Assembly (NCBI RefSeq): GCF_018350175.1
Contig: NC_058368.1
Coordinates: forward strand, 142,354,001 to 142,418,000
DNA from: Felis catus
Taxonomy: Eukaryota
Direction of reading: 5' to 3'
DNA length: 64,000 nt
Part shown: piece by piece, positions 49,809 to 62,266 of the stretch
Position numbering within the stretch: the first letter of the stretch is position 1
Layout: each line of letters starts with the position of its first letter
The notes under the pieces: model-generated
Told to the model about the DNA's origin: nothing
Database searches by the model: none
What the model saw: only the letters and a program-made list of their open reading frames with translations
Position numbers and translations under genes: made by a program

Positions 49809-51029
49809 TGAGGCCTTTCTCCTCCCACCTTCACGCCCCTCTACCCATCCTCTACTTGAACATATAATTTGGCCTCCGATCTGAGACCAGCCCATGCTCC
49901 CTGGAGGTCACTGAAGCTTTTCCAAGGGGCCCAGTCACCATGGCAACCCCACTCTGCAGACATCCCACACACCTGGCTGCACCCTGCCCAGCTGGCCTCC
50001 TCCGATGACCTGTCTGGGATGGTTAGAGATGTGCAAGGCATTCTGTCCCCCAAAAATGTTTATTCATGAGGAAAAAGATCTATTTTTAGGTGTCAACGGC
50101 CAGCCCATCCTGGCTCACCCAGTCCCTCTCCTCCCACTTGTCCAATTAGAAAGATCATATTGTTTCCTGGCATACGGTTCCAAGGGCATTGAACACAGGC
50201 AGGGGACATGGAGAGGGCTCCAAGAACAGCTCTTAGTGAATGGAAACAAGATGATTTCTGCTCAAAGCAATTTCCTCAGCACCCACCCTTTCCTCCCACC
50301 ATGGACCCCATGCTGACGGGACGCCAAGGCCATGTGGAAGTAACAGGACACCAACATATGCAAGACATATTTTTTTTTATCCTCCAAATACAGCAGAAAA
50401 ATAGAGAGCCCATCAGTTAACTCTTTTTCTTTCAACCCACCCAAGTTGAAACCTTAATAGTCTAATCCCAATTTCCCAGATGATAGAGAGGTGAATCCAA
50501 GTTTTTCTTGTATGGAGGAGTGTGCCCAAGAAGGAAGGATGCAAAGTCAAAAGCTGCTGACTAGCTGTGTTCTCAAATTCTGACTTTTTAGGGGATCTGG
50601 AAGTGACCATCAGCAGCTGATCCACCTTGATATCTGGGTGTGCTACAGGCCCAGCCAACGTGTCAGGCCATGTGCCTTTTCTTTGCTCACAGTAGGTGGC
50701 ACTAATTCATCACAGTGCTTTTTGCCACTGAGCCTAGATGCTGTCTTAGAATCCTTTTCTGCCGAGTCCCTGTTCCTGAAGAATCCCAAAACCCACCCCA
50801 GAATTCCTCACCCAGGCTGTACATTTGAACAGGACCCCAGGTGATCTGCAATGCACACGGAAGTTTGAGAAGGGCTGGCGTGGGCTCACAAAGTGAGATG
50901 TACTTGCCTGGTCTCTTGTCTTGGGGAGGTCCAACTTCTATGTTCCTATTTCTATTCCAACTTTTTCAGAGGCTTGAAAACCTGGCAGCTTCTATACAAT
51001 AGCTGACCCATTAATTAAAAAAAAAAATT

Positions 51030-51520
51030 ATTAGCATTCAAAGATTGAAAGACAATGTAAAAATCTAGATTTCTGGCTTTTTTGGGGGGAGGAAAAGAAC
51101 CCATACACCTGGCAATACTGGGCTTACATTTCCACATGACAGAGATGACTAAAGAAGTGGCCCGTCTTTTTAGAAAGGGCATAAATTTTGGGGCACCTGG
51201 ATGGCTCAGTCAGTTAAGTGTCTGACTTTGGCTCAGGTCATGATCTCGCAGTCTGTGAGTTTGAGCCCCGCGTCGGGCTCTGTGCTGACAGCTCAGAGCC
51301 TGGAGCCTGCTTTGGATTCTGTGTCTCCCTCTCTCTCTGCCCCTCCCCGCTCACACTCTGTCTCTCTCTCCTTCAAAAATAAATAAACATTAAAAAAAAA
51401 AGAAAGAAAGAAAAGGCATGAATTCCTTAGTTTACCTCAGTCTCCACTACTCCACATTGCTACACAGCACAGCAGCCTACATTACTCCTTCCTGCTGCCT
51501 ACCTGAATGTGTGACTGTGG
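51030..51520. mobile_element. MER102-like hAT-Charlie relic interrupted by a Can-SINE
   Basis: gtaaaaatctagatttctggctt...ctggcaatactgggc..acatt.ccacatg...tttaga.agggcat | SINE | agtttacctcagtctccactactcc. Confidence 0.55.
51190..51409 (+). mobile_element. Can-SINE (felid type)
   Basis: GGGGCACCTGGATGGCTCAG head; degenerate TSD agaaa.ggcat.aatt. Confidence 0.94.
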
Positions 51521-51809
51521 AGGCACAGTGGAGGCTATAACGTTTCCCAAATCAGTAAGAACAGTTGCCCGTAGCGTTAACCTTCCCTTCAACCCTTCTC
51601 ACTAATTCGGAAGGTAAGCAGCCACATCTGCACTGGCACTTTCCCCATCACATCCCTGTGTGGGCAAAGGAGCCCAGCCACGGGAGTCACCTCTTCCTAT
51701 AGTCCTGTCCTGTTTGAGATCCAAGGGTCGTCTGAGGTCTGCAACCCCACACCACATAGCCTCTCCATTGCCGAGTGCCCAGCACCAAGCACACGCCGGA
51801 AACACAGTC

Positions 51810-52025
51810 CTCGACAGCATGAGCCATAGGTCTGCAGCCTAGTTCAAATTCCTGGCTCTGCCATTCAGGAGCGGTGTGATGACCCTAGGCAGACCCTCTG
51901 AGCCTGTTCCCTGCTCTGCGAAATCAGGGAAAGCACTTCATCACTATTCCACCGAGTTACTGAGGGAAACAAACAAAATACTGTGTAGCGTATCTATGCA
52001 CTCAATAAGGGTGGTTACTGCTATC
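51810..52025 (+). mobile_element. MIR SINE
   Basis: gttcaaattcctggctctgcca...tgtgatgaccctaggcag..ctctgagcct. Confidence 0.65.
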
Positions 52026-54034
52026 GTTAGACACAGTTGGTGCTCAACAAACATTTGTTAAGCCATGGACCTTCCCATCACCTTTGACTATCCTACCCCC
52101 CAGAGAACCAGAGAGCTTTCAAACCCTCCGTGCTGTCACCTAGGGTGGGAAAGAGGCACTGGAGTCGTCCCTGGACAGCCTGCCCCCATCAGCCTCTGAG
52201 GATGCGGGCTGCTGGGACAGAGACCTGAAGCCGCACAGCTATGCTGGGCACGGTCCTTATCCCTGCTCACAACATCCGCTCAAACCAGCCAACTTTTTAC
52301 TTTTTTTTTTTTTTTTAAGTCATTAACATTTCCATATGCCTCCCTTTGAAGTTAAGATATATTTTTTAATTCCATTCCAACCCATATAAATCTCTCCCTT
52401 CTCAGATCTCTAAATGCACTGGGTTAGGACCACACATTTTAGCATCTAGCGCTCTCTCAGTATTTCACACAGACCCCATGACTCTTCAGAAAAAGTCTAA
52501 GTGGCCTCTAAAGGTGATTTAGCACAATGTGTGGCAAGCAGAAGGTATTTCTTAAAGTACACATATGTACATACACGTATACAACAATTCCCTTCTCAGC
52601 ATAACAATAAATGTTTTTGCATTTAGTTTGCAACAGCAAAGTGCTAAGCAATGTAACAAAATACATGCCATGCCCATTAATACCCATTCCCTTGTGTGCG
52701 AAGAGACATGTTTCATGTTAACTAAACTATGAAATGGAATCCTTCCAGTTTTCTTTGGTAATGTTTGAATGTATAATAAATGAAAAGGGACTGAATTAGG
52801 TCACTGCCTTGTTTGTTTCCTTAAAAAGCGACTGGTGATGATCTCTGGGCTGCAGCATTTTATCTGCCAACGCTGCAAAATTGGCGGAAAAAACATGATA
52901 TGTGTTTCCAAAAACAATGGTTTCATGCTAGTTCCTCCTTTCAGTTCTAAAGTATCCATCACTGATTTCAAGAGGCCACAGACCTTGGTCTCGGCTGTCC
53001 TTTTCAGGAACCACAACGGCCTCCTATTCACAGCCTGCAGAATGCAGTGGGCCTGGTGGTCACTAGAAGGCACTGGCTGGGAGAGAACCACAATGGTCAT
53101 TTTTAGCCTCCCCAAGTAATGGGGAGGAAGTAGAGGTGTTTGGGACCATTCCCGGCATTTATCCAAGCATCCCGTTACTGCTGCCACACCACGACCAGCT
53201 GTGACTCCTAGGTGGCACATCAAAACAGCTACAAAATTCACTGTTTTAATGGCAGTCCTAGATGACAGTTCCTCCTCCATGGGGCAGACAATGGTCTCAT
53301 TGAAGCGGCTCTCCGGGGTGGATGTGGAGCGATGTGTTTGTCTGAACAAACCTCACAGTCCTGCCAGGCAGCTGTCACCTTGCTATGGGGCACATGGACA
53401 GTTGTCATCTCCCCCCCACACCGCTGCCCTTAGCAATAAGGAAACCTGAATGTGTCTTTGTGAGGAGGGAGTGCTGACCTCTAGCATTGCCATGAAATGA
53501 TTCTGAGCAGAGCCTGAGGTCTCCAAGAGGGAAAATGCAGGAACATTAGCACTAAGAATAAAGGAACAGAAAACCCCTTACCCCCCACTGAGAGGGCGTG
53601 TGTCCCTTTATTAACTGCTTGACATATCACCAGTGAGTGGCAGCCACACATATACATACATGTATACGACACCTCTATCCACCACCCCCACCTCAGCCCC
53701 GACCTGCACGGCACTCACTCTGCACACAGATGCTAACCCAGCTGCTTTGAAAATTGTCTAACGGGACTTTTCAGTTGGCTGGTGGTAAAGGTGGGGGAGA
53801 GGAAACATTTGGGGAACTGGAGGGGATGGGAAAAAGTGGGAAGGGCAGCTTCTAAGCATCTACTGACAACAAGATATGAACACACTGACTGAAGGCCCAA
53901 AGGCCTTGTGAGCGCTTCCTTTGTAGTTTCTTGCCCAAGTACCCGCAGCGCAGCCGGGAGATGTGGGCGTCCACCGAAGGATGCTACAAAGCTCTTATTG
54001 CAACTGTGATTGCTGCTTATAGAAACCATTTCTC

Positions 54035-54250
54035 GGGGAGCCTGGGTGGCTCAGTCGGTTAAGCGTCCAACTTCAGCCCGGGTCACGATCTCGCGGCCTG
54101 TGAGTTCGAGCCCCGCGTCGGGCTCTGGGCTGACGGCTCAGAGCCTGGAGCCTGTTTCTGATTCTGTGTCTCCCTCTCTCTCTGCCCCTCCTCCGTTCAT
54201 GCTCTGTCTCTCTCTGTCTCAAAAATAAATAAACGTTAAAAAAAAAAAAA
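54035..54250 (+). mobile_element. Can-SINE (felid type, relatively young)
   Basis: CpG-rich body; TSD agaaacca(t/c)ttctc at 54021-54034 and 54251-54264. Confidence 0.95.
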
Positions 54251-56289
54251 AGAAACCACTTCTCATTTACTGTTGCACAGAGAACACAGAAGCAGACTGT
54301 CACAACCCATTGGACTCCTGGCTGGGCCAGTCACAAAGGCCTCAGGAAAGGGGGGAGGGTCCCTTTCATAAACTCTCGTACTAAGGCCAGCCTGACACCT
54401 GATAAATCTGTTACTGAAACAGATCCTGGGGACCCAGTAACACTCAGCATGGGGGGAATAAAGAATAAACCCATAAAGGAAAACTGTGCTGCAAAACCTA
54501 CACAAAAGAGAACTTTCAGTTCAGACTTGCACCCCAGGAACATGGTAATAATTAAAGCAGCACCAAGTACCCGGTACCTACTTAGGTGAGGACTGTCATG
54601 AACTTGTGCCTACCTGGCCTACAAATGACAGAAGGCTTAACCACTAAGGTTAAATTAAACTAAAAGAAAAAAAAAATCATCCCCATTTTTAAAATGCATT
54701 TCTATAGCAGAAATAACATTAGTATGCTCTGATTTGAATTACGACAAAGGTTCACTTTAAGGGGGAAGCCATTTGTAATTCCAGAATCCTTAAGTTACAG
54801 AAATTTAATAGCTCCGTGACCTTTGGATTTTTTTAAAAAACCATTGTAGTTATTAAGCTTTTGTCCAACTACCTCTACATCCTTGAGAAATAAATTCTCC
54901 AGCATTGTGTGTGATGGCTCTGATTTGCCATCAGGAAAAGCAAAGTTAACAATCTCTACTGAGCCTCACATTACCCCAGAGCACGCTTTCTCCAGAAGGG
55001 TCCCTTGAGAGGCTCAGGTTTCTGAATGGCAAACGCTGCTGTGAGCCCAGAGGGATGATCTTTACGGAGCTGCCAAACCCACTTGCCTTTGTCCCTCTGT
55101 GGAATCTGCCAGCAAAGGGAGCTTGTGAATTGCTTCCTGGGACTTTCAAGAATCACCCTGCTGGGCTACTCTTTGCTACGGCCCCTGTGTGTGTCCTGGG
55201 AGGTGCGGAACACAACTCAGCCTTCCCCGCTGCTCTCAGACCTCCAGTCAAGCAGGTGGCCTGCCAGTGCCCACCCCGATGCTGTTGTCTCCTTACCCCT
55301 TCACACCCCACAGGCCGACTTCCCGTGTGGCCTTCAAGGTCTAGCTCCCACGGCATCTCTTCCACGGAAGCCTTTCCCTTTAGACCACCTGCCTCCACTG
55401 AATGGGATCCAGCCTTTATCTGTACCCCTTCAATGGCACAACACTTTCTATAGCGGGGGGGGGGGGGGGGGGTTCAGACACCACCTTTTCTCCCTTACTG
55501 GACAGCCCCACACACTTCTTAAGCTCCAAATCCTCACCCGACTCCCCGTCCCAAGCCAGCAGGGCTGCACGCTCAGTGCCTACTCAGTAAGCACCTAAGG
55601 GAACTTCCCCAGAGCTCTGTTTCTGCCCGTAGGGAGGGCGGCAGGGGTCCACAGACCTTGCCGGAGCAGGCGCTGGGATGGCAGTCTCCCATCCTTCATG
55701 CTAAGGCTCTCCGATTTCCCACCTTCCTTCGCTGCCCCTCAGACAGGGCAGCGCACAGCAGGACAGTCATGGCCACAGCTCTGTCCCTAACACAATCCGC
55801 AGCCTCAGGCCTGGCCTTCCAGACACAAGGGGAGAAAAAGCGCCTTTCCTCAGCCAGAAAGCCATCCTCAGGTACACACAGCTGGAGGCCTGAAAAAGAC
55901 AGGGAGATCTGCACGGTGCCAACAAGGATAAAATATCCGCAGCATCAGGCCAAGGCATAAAAGCCACTGCTATATGTGCACCAAGGACAGAAAAGGTGAC
56001 TGCGGGAGGGGGCAGTCTGTCACAGGCTTCGATTGTGTCTTGCAATTCCAGGCCGGAATGCTAGAGGGAAGACCCAACTCCAGCGGGCCAGGTGGGCTGC
56101 AAGCACTCTCTGGCCTGGGTCTTGAGAAGACCACACGGCTGACCGATCCGGGACCAGGCTGGGGAGGCCTGAGGGCGGCTGAGGAAAATCACTGACCACT
56201 CGCCAGTGCTGGGGTAGCAATGAGAGGGAGACACTTGACTTCCCAACGGAGAATATCCTGTCCTTGGCTCTGCAGCTCCTTGGGTGGCT

Positions 56290-56475
56290 CTCTTCTAGAC
56301 ATTGTGCGATTCCCTTACTTCAAGCCCCCAGCCTGTGACAGCCTCACTGCCCAGCCTGCTGTGGACAGCAAACTCCAGAGGGCAGGGACCATGTGTGTCT
56401 CCCCTACCCACCGTCACAACCTCACACAGCATCTGGTGCACACAACAGGCGCCCAACAATGACCTGTTGAATGAC
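56290..56475 (+). mobile_element. LINE-2 3' end fragment
   Basis: aaactccagagggcagggaccatgt...acagcatctggtgcacacaacaggcgcccaacaa..ctgttgaatga. Confidence 0.6.
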
Positions 56476-56796
56476 ACCTCAGCGGTAAAACAACTGATTT
56501 TTGGTTTGGAATCATGAGAGGTAGCACACTTTGAACACAGAGTACAAACAGCAAATGAGCCTCTCCACTCCAGGATTTATGTAGTAAGGGTCAGGGTGGG
56601 CATATAAAATCTCCAAATCAAAATCGAAAGGTGCCTTCTTAGGGGGCTACCATTTCTCAGAAAAAAAATTAGCCAGGAAAACCTCTGTTGTGATTTTTGT
56701 CATTAGGATGAATACATATTATTTCTCTGAATCCCCAAGTCACTGATGTGTACAGATTCAGGGAGGACCCACAGTTCCGAAGACGACAGCAGTTTT

Positions 56797-57019
56797 TTTT
56801 TTTTAATTTTTTTTTAACGTTTTTATTTATTTTCGAGACAGAGAGAGATACAGCATGAACGGGGGAGGGGCAGAGAGAGAGGGAGACACAGAATCGGAAG
56901 CAGGTTCCAGGCTCTGAGCCGTCAGCCCAGAGCCCGACTCGGGGCTCAAACTCATGGACTGCGAGATGGTGACCTGAGCTGAAGTCGGACGCTTAACCGG
57001 CTGAGCCACCCAGGCGCCC
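56797..57019 (-). mobile_element. Can-SINE (felid type, relatively young)
   Basis: Reverse SINE; TSD ga(c/t)gacagcagtttt. Confidence 0.95.
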
Positions 57020-57132
57020 GGATGACAGCAGTTTTAAAGCAGCTTGTTCTCATGAGATTGGGCCACAGTGGTGGGAAAGCCCACGGCAGAAAAGTGTGCC
57101 GGTAAGTCCTAGACCATTTTCTGGCATGTACA

Positions 57133-57135
<3 letters not shown>

Positions 57136-57168
<33 letters not shown>
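57136..57168. repeat. (CA)~16 microsatellite
   Basis: Direct read. Confidence 0.94.
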
Positions 57169-58819
57169 AGAACATGAAAACAAAGACACAACCACTGAAG
57201 TGACTGTTCCAGCAAGCGTACAACTAACGGCCTCTTCATCTGCTTTTCAGTAACTGGGTCAGAATCTGAACTTGTCTCTCTTGCCTTCCTTTTTCTAAAA
57301 GAAAACATTCCCTGACCAAAATATGGAATTCATCTGTATTGTAATCCCAAGTGGAGAGCAGACTCATTTCCTCTTGATCTGTGTCTCACTCACGCCTACT
57401 CACTCTTGTTTCTCATGGACAATGAATGGAAACACTCCCCTGTAGGAATCTCAGCAGCCCTCTTTGAAACAGATGTTTTGGAAACCCCTGACAAGCTGCC
57501 TGTCACTGCGAGGCAGATCACACACTTTCACAGCCAGTCGGGTCCGATGCCTCTGCACACCCCGCTCCGACATGAGCTGCAAGACCTCAGATATCTGTTC
57601 CATGAGATCAGTTCTAGAACTCTGCAGGTTAGCAACTCTTCCTTCAGGTCCCCTTTCACCAACATTCCCCATCAGGAGGATACTTCTAAGGCCCTACTTC
57701 AGCAAAGTCATTGTCACGGGCTACAGAATCTAGGGTGGGGCTTCTCGGGAATGTCTCTGTAAGGATCTAGTATGGTCAAACCCTTCAATGAAAACATTAC
57801 TTTCAGGAAGTGAGCCAGGCACTTGGGAAAGAAAATGAACTTTTGTAAGCCACCAGGGCACTGTTCATAAATTTCTGCTAGGCAAACAGGGCCCTCGTGG
57901 CTTTAAAGAGTTATTGCTCAATACTTCCTAAGCACCCACATAAGTTCATGTTTCTCCCTGAGGGCCTCGCTTGCTCCAGGAGAGAAATGCACTACAAGTT
58001 TTCGTCTTGCTTAAAATTGGTGTGCTGCATGGAGGCAGATCATTCGAGCCACCTGGATGTGCTGTGAAATAGTTTCTCAAACAGTTCCAGCTTTTCCAAA
58101 TGCACCTATAAAAACAAAACTAAATGCCCGTTAAATTCACTCTTTAGGGGACCTACTTTGCTCCAACAGAGTCAACTGACCAGAGGGAAGTTTCAGCAGA
58201 ATCGAACACACTTGCTCGAACAATCTGGTTATTGGCCACCACAAGGAGTAAGGTCATGCACGTGTGGAAGGCCTTGAATTAAGCCAAGAGCAGACCGCCC
58301 CCCCCCCCTCCAAAAGAGACACCTCCTTACCCAGCTTTTGCTAAAAGGATGAACTGGAGAAACTAAGAAAGCTGAGAAAAGCACCCAGTATTTAAAAACT
58401 GAAAACCGGTGAAATGTTATTGCCCTCTGCCTTAGTAATGGGCTTTGTCAGGTCTGATTTCTGCTGCACCAATAAAACTTTGCATGACTGTCTGTGAGCC
58501 ATTAAATCCAGGCACAAACATACTTATGGAGCTACACACGTCTGCTTAGTATTAGTACACACTATTAGCTCCTTTTCTCTACATTCTTTTTTCTATCAAA
58601 GAGGATTATTTGCATGTAGAACTAAATTTCCACTCTCTATGGAGTAAACTTTGAATAGAACGCCCCACAGATGGAATTGTGGTAAGAAAGACGTTTTCTC
58701 ACACTAGGTATCCTGAGGCACTCCATTCACCAAACCCATTAGGAGGGGGAAAAATATCCCTACATGCATACACATACACACACACAAAGAGAAAGACAAT
58801 ACAGTAGAATATTTAAGGA

Positions 58820-59025
58820 GATGAACTCTACCCTAAGGAACCCATCCCCAGTTCCACCACTTTATCAGCTGTGTCACCTTGGGCAAATTCATCTCTGAGC
58901 CTCAGCTTCCCCATGTGTGAAATGGGGATAAGAGGACCTACATTTCCTAGCATGGATGACGACGCATCTTGAGGCACGGTGTCCAGCAAATGGAAAGCTC
59001 TCAATAAACGGTTGCTTCTATCACA
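58820..59025 (+). mobile_element. MIR SINE
   Basis: cccagttccaccact.tatcagctgtgtcaccttgggcaa...tctctgagcctcagcttccccatgtgtgaaatggggataa. Confidence 0.85.
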
Positions 59026-61390
59026 TGATTCTTGCTCACCTCAACTCCAGGACTCGCCTGTGCTTACTTAAGAACAACACAATGTGCAGTCACCTGCACT
59101 TATGACCAGAACTAGCCTCTTGTTCACCTTGCCACTTAGAGGTCACAGTCCGCATGTTCTGTTTATACTGATGAAGAGTTCCCTGATGACATAGTAGTTA
59201 CCCAGAAATATCTATTTGTTTAGTTCTTTGCCTTTGCTGCTTCCAAACGTCTGTGGATTGATCTATGTGGATCCCAGAAATGTAATCGTTATTTGCTTGG
59301 CTAAAGAGGCTTCTCTCTCTGTTTGTTTTTACTAGAAGTCAGTCCTCTGAACCTGTGGTTTGCAAACTTTCTTTCTGAGCACGGAACACTATTTATCAAA
59401 CAGAATCTGACACACAACCCCAGTTGTGTATATGAAACAGATAAAAGCAGAGTCATGCTGCTGATAAAATCAGGGGTTGACAAGGGCCACCTTGCTGCCA
59501 TGACCACCATCACCTCCAGGGAGCCCCTAGAATGCCCCTACATATACTGTAGCACCCTGTGGAAGACGCTCAGAAAAACACGGATCTAAACCACTCTTCT
59601 GATTTGGATCACAGGCCACGTGGCCTGAACTTGAGTCTCATTGGTGAGCTCCTGCCGTTCATCTCCTAGCTCCGTCAGGAACAACAAACTCGGAGACCCA
59701 CAAAACCACGATCTCTTGCTTACTCAACGTTCCAAACATGGCCGTGGTCTGTGCAGATACACAGATTCTTATTGTCTTTGTTTTACTGACTGTACACTGA
59801 GTTACAGCAACTCCCCAGAAGAACCGCCTTAGGACTCCAGTGTGCACATGGCCGTGCCAACCAGTATGCACCATGTCTGGTATCGTTATTACTGGGTTCT
59901 GGAGGAACCGTGTTCCACTTACAGTTTTTTGCACCCTTTAGCCCATGACATACAAACCAAGGTCAATCCAGTCTAGCAAGGACTCCAAAGAATCTTCGAA
60001 AAATCTTCAGTAAACACGCCACTCTCATGGTAAAATACATACCTTTAGAGTACTTATGAAGTACCACAACACGAAATGTTACAGGGACGAAAATATCAGG
60101 GAGAAATTCAGCGTAGGGGACTCAGAATGCCGAAGCAGCTGGAGAAAGTCATCACTTCAGAAAGCGCCAAGACCAGGAAGCAGGCCCCTCCTCCTCAGTT
60201 TAACTGCTGCTCAGCGGAAGCAAGACAGAGATTTAACTGTGGGAAGGCAAGAGGTAGAGGGAGACTTGCTCAGGGTGGTCTGAGGGAGACTGGCCAGGAG
60301 TGATGGGGCTGGAGCCAACCAACAAAAGATCCCAACCAACAGTGAGGGAAATATTTCCTCCACAGAAAAAGCCACTCCATCTCCCAAGGGGGCGGCTGGA
60401 AGACTCCCAGCCTGAGTCATTCGGAAACATATTTTACAAACCACTCCAGAGTATCCCGGGGGGGAATGATCAGGCCATGACGGAGGAAGAGGCTTCATGA
60501 CCAAGTGGGTCTTTTCCAGCTCCAACTCCCATGATTCCCAGAACCTTCTGCTTCTTCCCAACTCACTGTGGCCAGCATGGCTATAGCACGACTGTCACAA
60601 TCCTCCCATGTGAGCACGTTAAGGCCCGAGCCTAGCTACTGAGGTGGCTCTGCCTGAGGCCTCCCAGCTGCAGTAAGGAGCCTCCAGTCCTGGCTACCGT
60701 GTAAATCGCCCCACCTGGCCCCAGGGCACTAAAAACCTGGTGAATGTAGTACCTAGAGGACTAGAGCTACCAGACCCGGGGGCACTCAGCAATCAGGCCT
60801 CAGTGAGGGACGCCTCCCGGGGCCTCTCACATTTCCACATCTCAGTGGGGCCTTCTGACATCTGCTAATCAGATTTGCTCCTAGGAGCCGGTAGTAATTA
60901 AACCTGCCTTATGGCTGGAACGCTGGCAAGGTCTCACATCCCCGCAGCTGGCCGGCGAGTGGAACAGATGGGCCGCATCCGAAGCTGTGTCTGCTTGAAT
61001 CTAATCATGAGGCTGAAAGAATGAGCCCTAAGTGACCCTGGTCACCTCAGAGATAGCTGTCAGACAGGCCTCGGGAACATGTCACTGACAGCAGGGGAGA
61101 AGGCTGTAAGTCCTCCATCAGTTCCTCCAACGTTCTTCCAGAGGCAGTGTTAGCACCACCCGCACTGGGTCACTCACGCCGGGCCTGGCGGCCATTTTCT
61201 GGTGCCATTAATCATGTGCCAAACACATTTTTTTCTTGTTAACTATTCACTCGACTCGGGTTTCTAGAAAATCCCTGTCCGTAAATTTCATTTGCAGCTA
61301 GGAAAGCCTCACAGAAAGTATCTGATTAGATAAACACCCACATTTTTTGTCTTGTTTCAGTTTCTACTTGGGGGCTACTGCTCACGTCAC

Positions 61391-61868
61391 AGTATCTCTG
61401 TTAACGACCGCTGTGTAACAAAGCTTCTCAAAATTCAGTGGCTTAAAACAGTGATTTCTTATGTCCCACAATTCCACGTGTCGGCTAGGCAGCTCCCTCT
61501 GTTGGTTTTGTCCAGGCTCACTGCTCTCAGCTTAGTGGGGACACCCACTAAGGCTTCATTCATACATCTGGTGGTTAATACTGCCTGCCGATGGGGGCAG
61601 GTCTCCTCCACATGCCTCTCTCTCATCCTCATGTGGGGTGGACTAGCTTCCTTACATGACAGTCCCAAGGCAGAGTCCCAAAAGGGCAAAAGCAGAAGCT
61701 GCCAGACCTCTCGAGGTCTAAGCTCTGGAACTCACATAATACTTGTGCTGCATCGATCACGCCAAGCGAGCCAGAAGGCCCGTCCAGGCTCAAGGAGTAG
61801 GGAAATAGGGCTGCAGTTCTGGATGAGAAGAGCAAAAAAGGATCTGTGACGGTTTCACATCTACCACA
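61391..61868 (-). mobile_element. MLT1 (MLT1H-like) solo LTR
   Basis: gctgtgtaacaaa..ctcaaaattcagtggcttaaaaca...ctcctccacatg..tctctcatcctc...agcagaagctgcc...tctaccaca. Confidence 0.8.
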
Positions 61869-62062
61869 TGTCCGCATCTCCCCCAGTGTGTCAGAGTGAC
61901 ATGAGTTCTGAGCAATGATCACAGGCGCTCTTACACCAAAGGGGTCTCGGGACAAACGCCAAATCCTATATCCCACTTTTGAAAGGCTGCTATGCACATT
62001 AGCAGGTTAATGTCTCTGAAAAGTGACACAGTAAAAATAAATCCTGTTTCATAATGAACAGG

Positions 62063-62266
62063 TTTTTTTTTTTTTTAAGTTTTTATTTATTTTGAGGGAG
62101 ACAGAGACAGCCCAGAGACGGGCAGGGAGAGGGAGAGAATCCCAAGCAGACTCCGCACTGCCAGAGCAGAGCCCAACACGGGGCTCGAACCCACACACTG
62201 TGAGATGGTGACCTGAGCCGAAACCAAGAGTCAGACACTTAACCGACTGAGCCACCCAGGTGCCCT
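62063..62266 (-). mobile_element. Can-SINE
   Basis: T tail and reverse head gagccacccaggtgccc. Confidence 0.93.

Noticed and set aside
5018..62266. tRNA-like A/B boxes (TGGCTCAGTCGG, GTTCGAGCCC) as tRNA genes; dispersed repeats as CRISPR or other prokaryotic systems
   Set aside because: These are heads of tRNA-derived SINEs with (CT)n, poly-A tails and TSDs. The DNA is mammalian, with no regularly spaced repeat-spacer array or operon-like genes.
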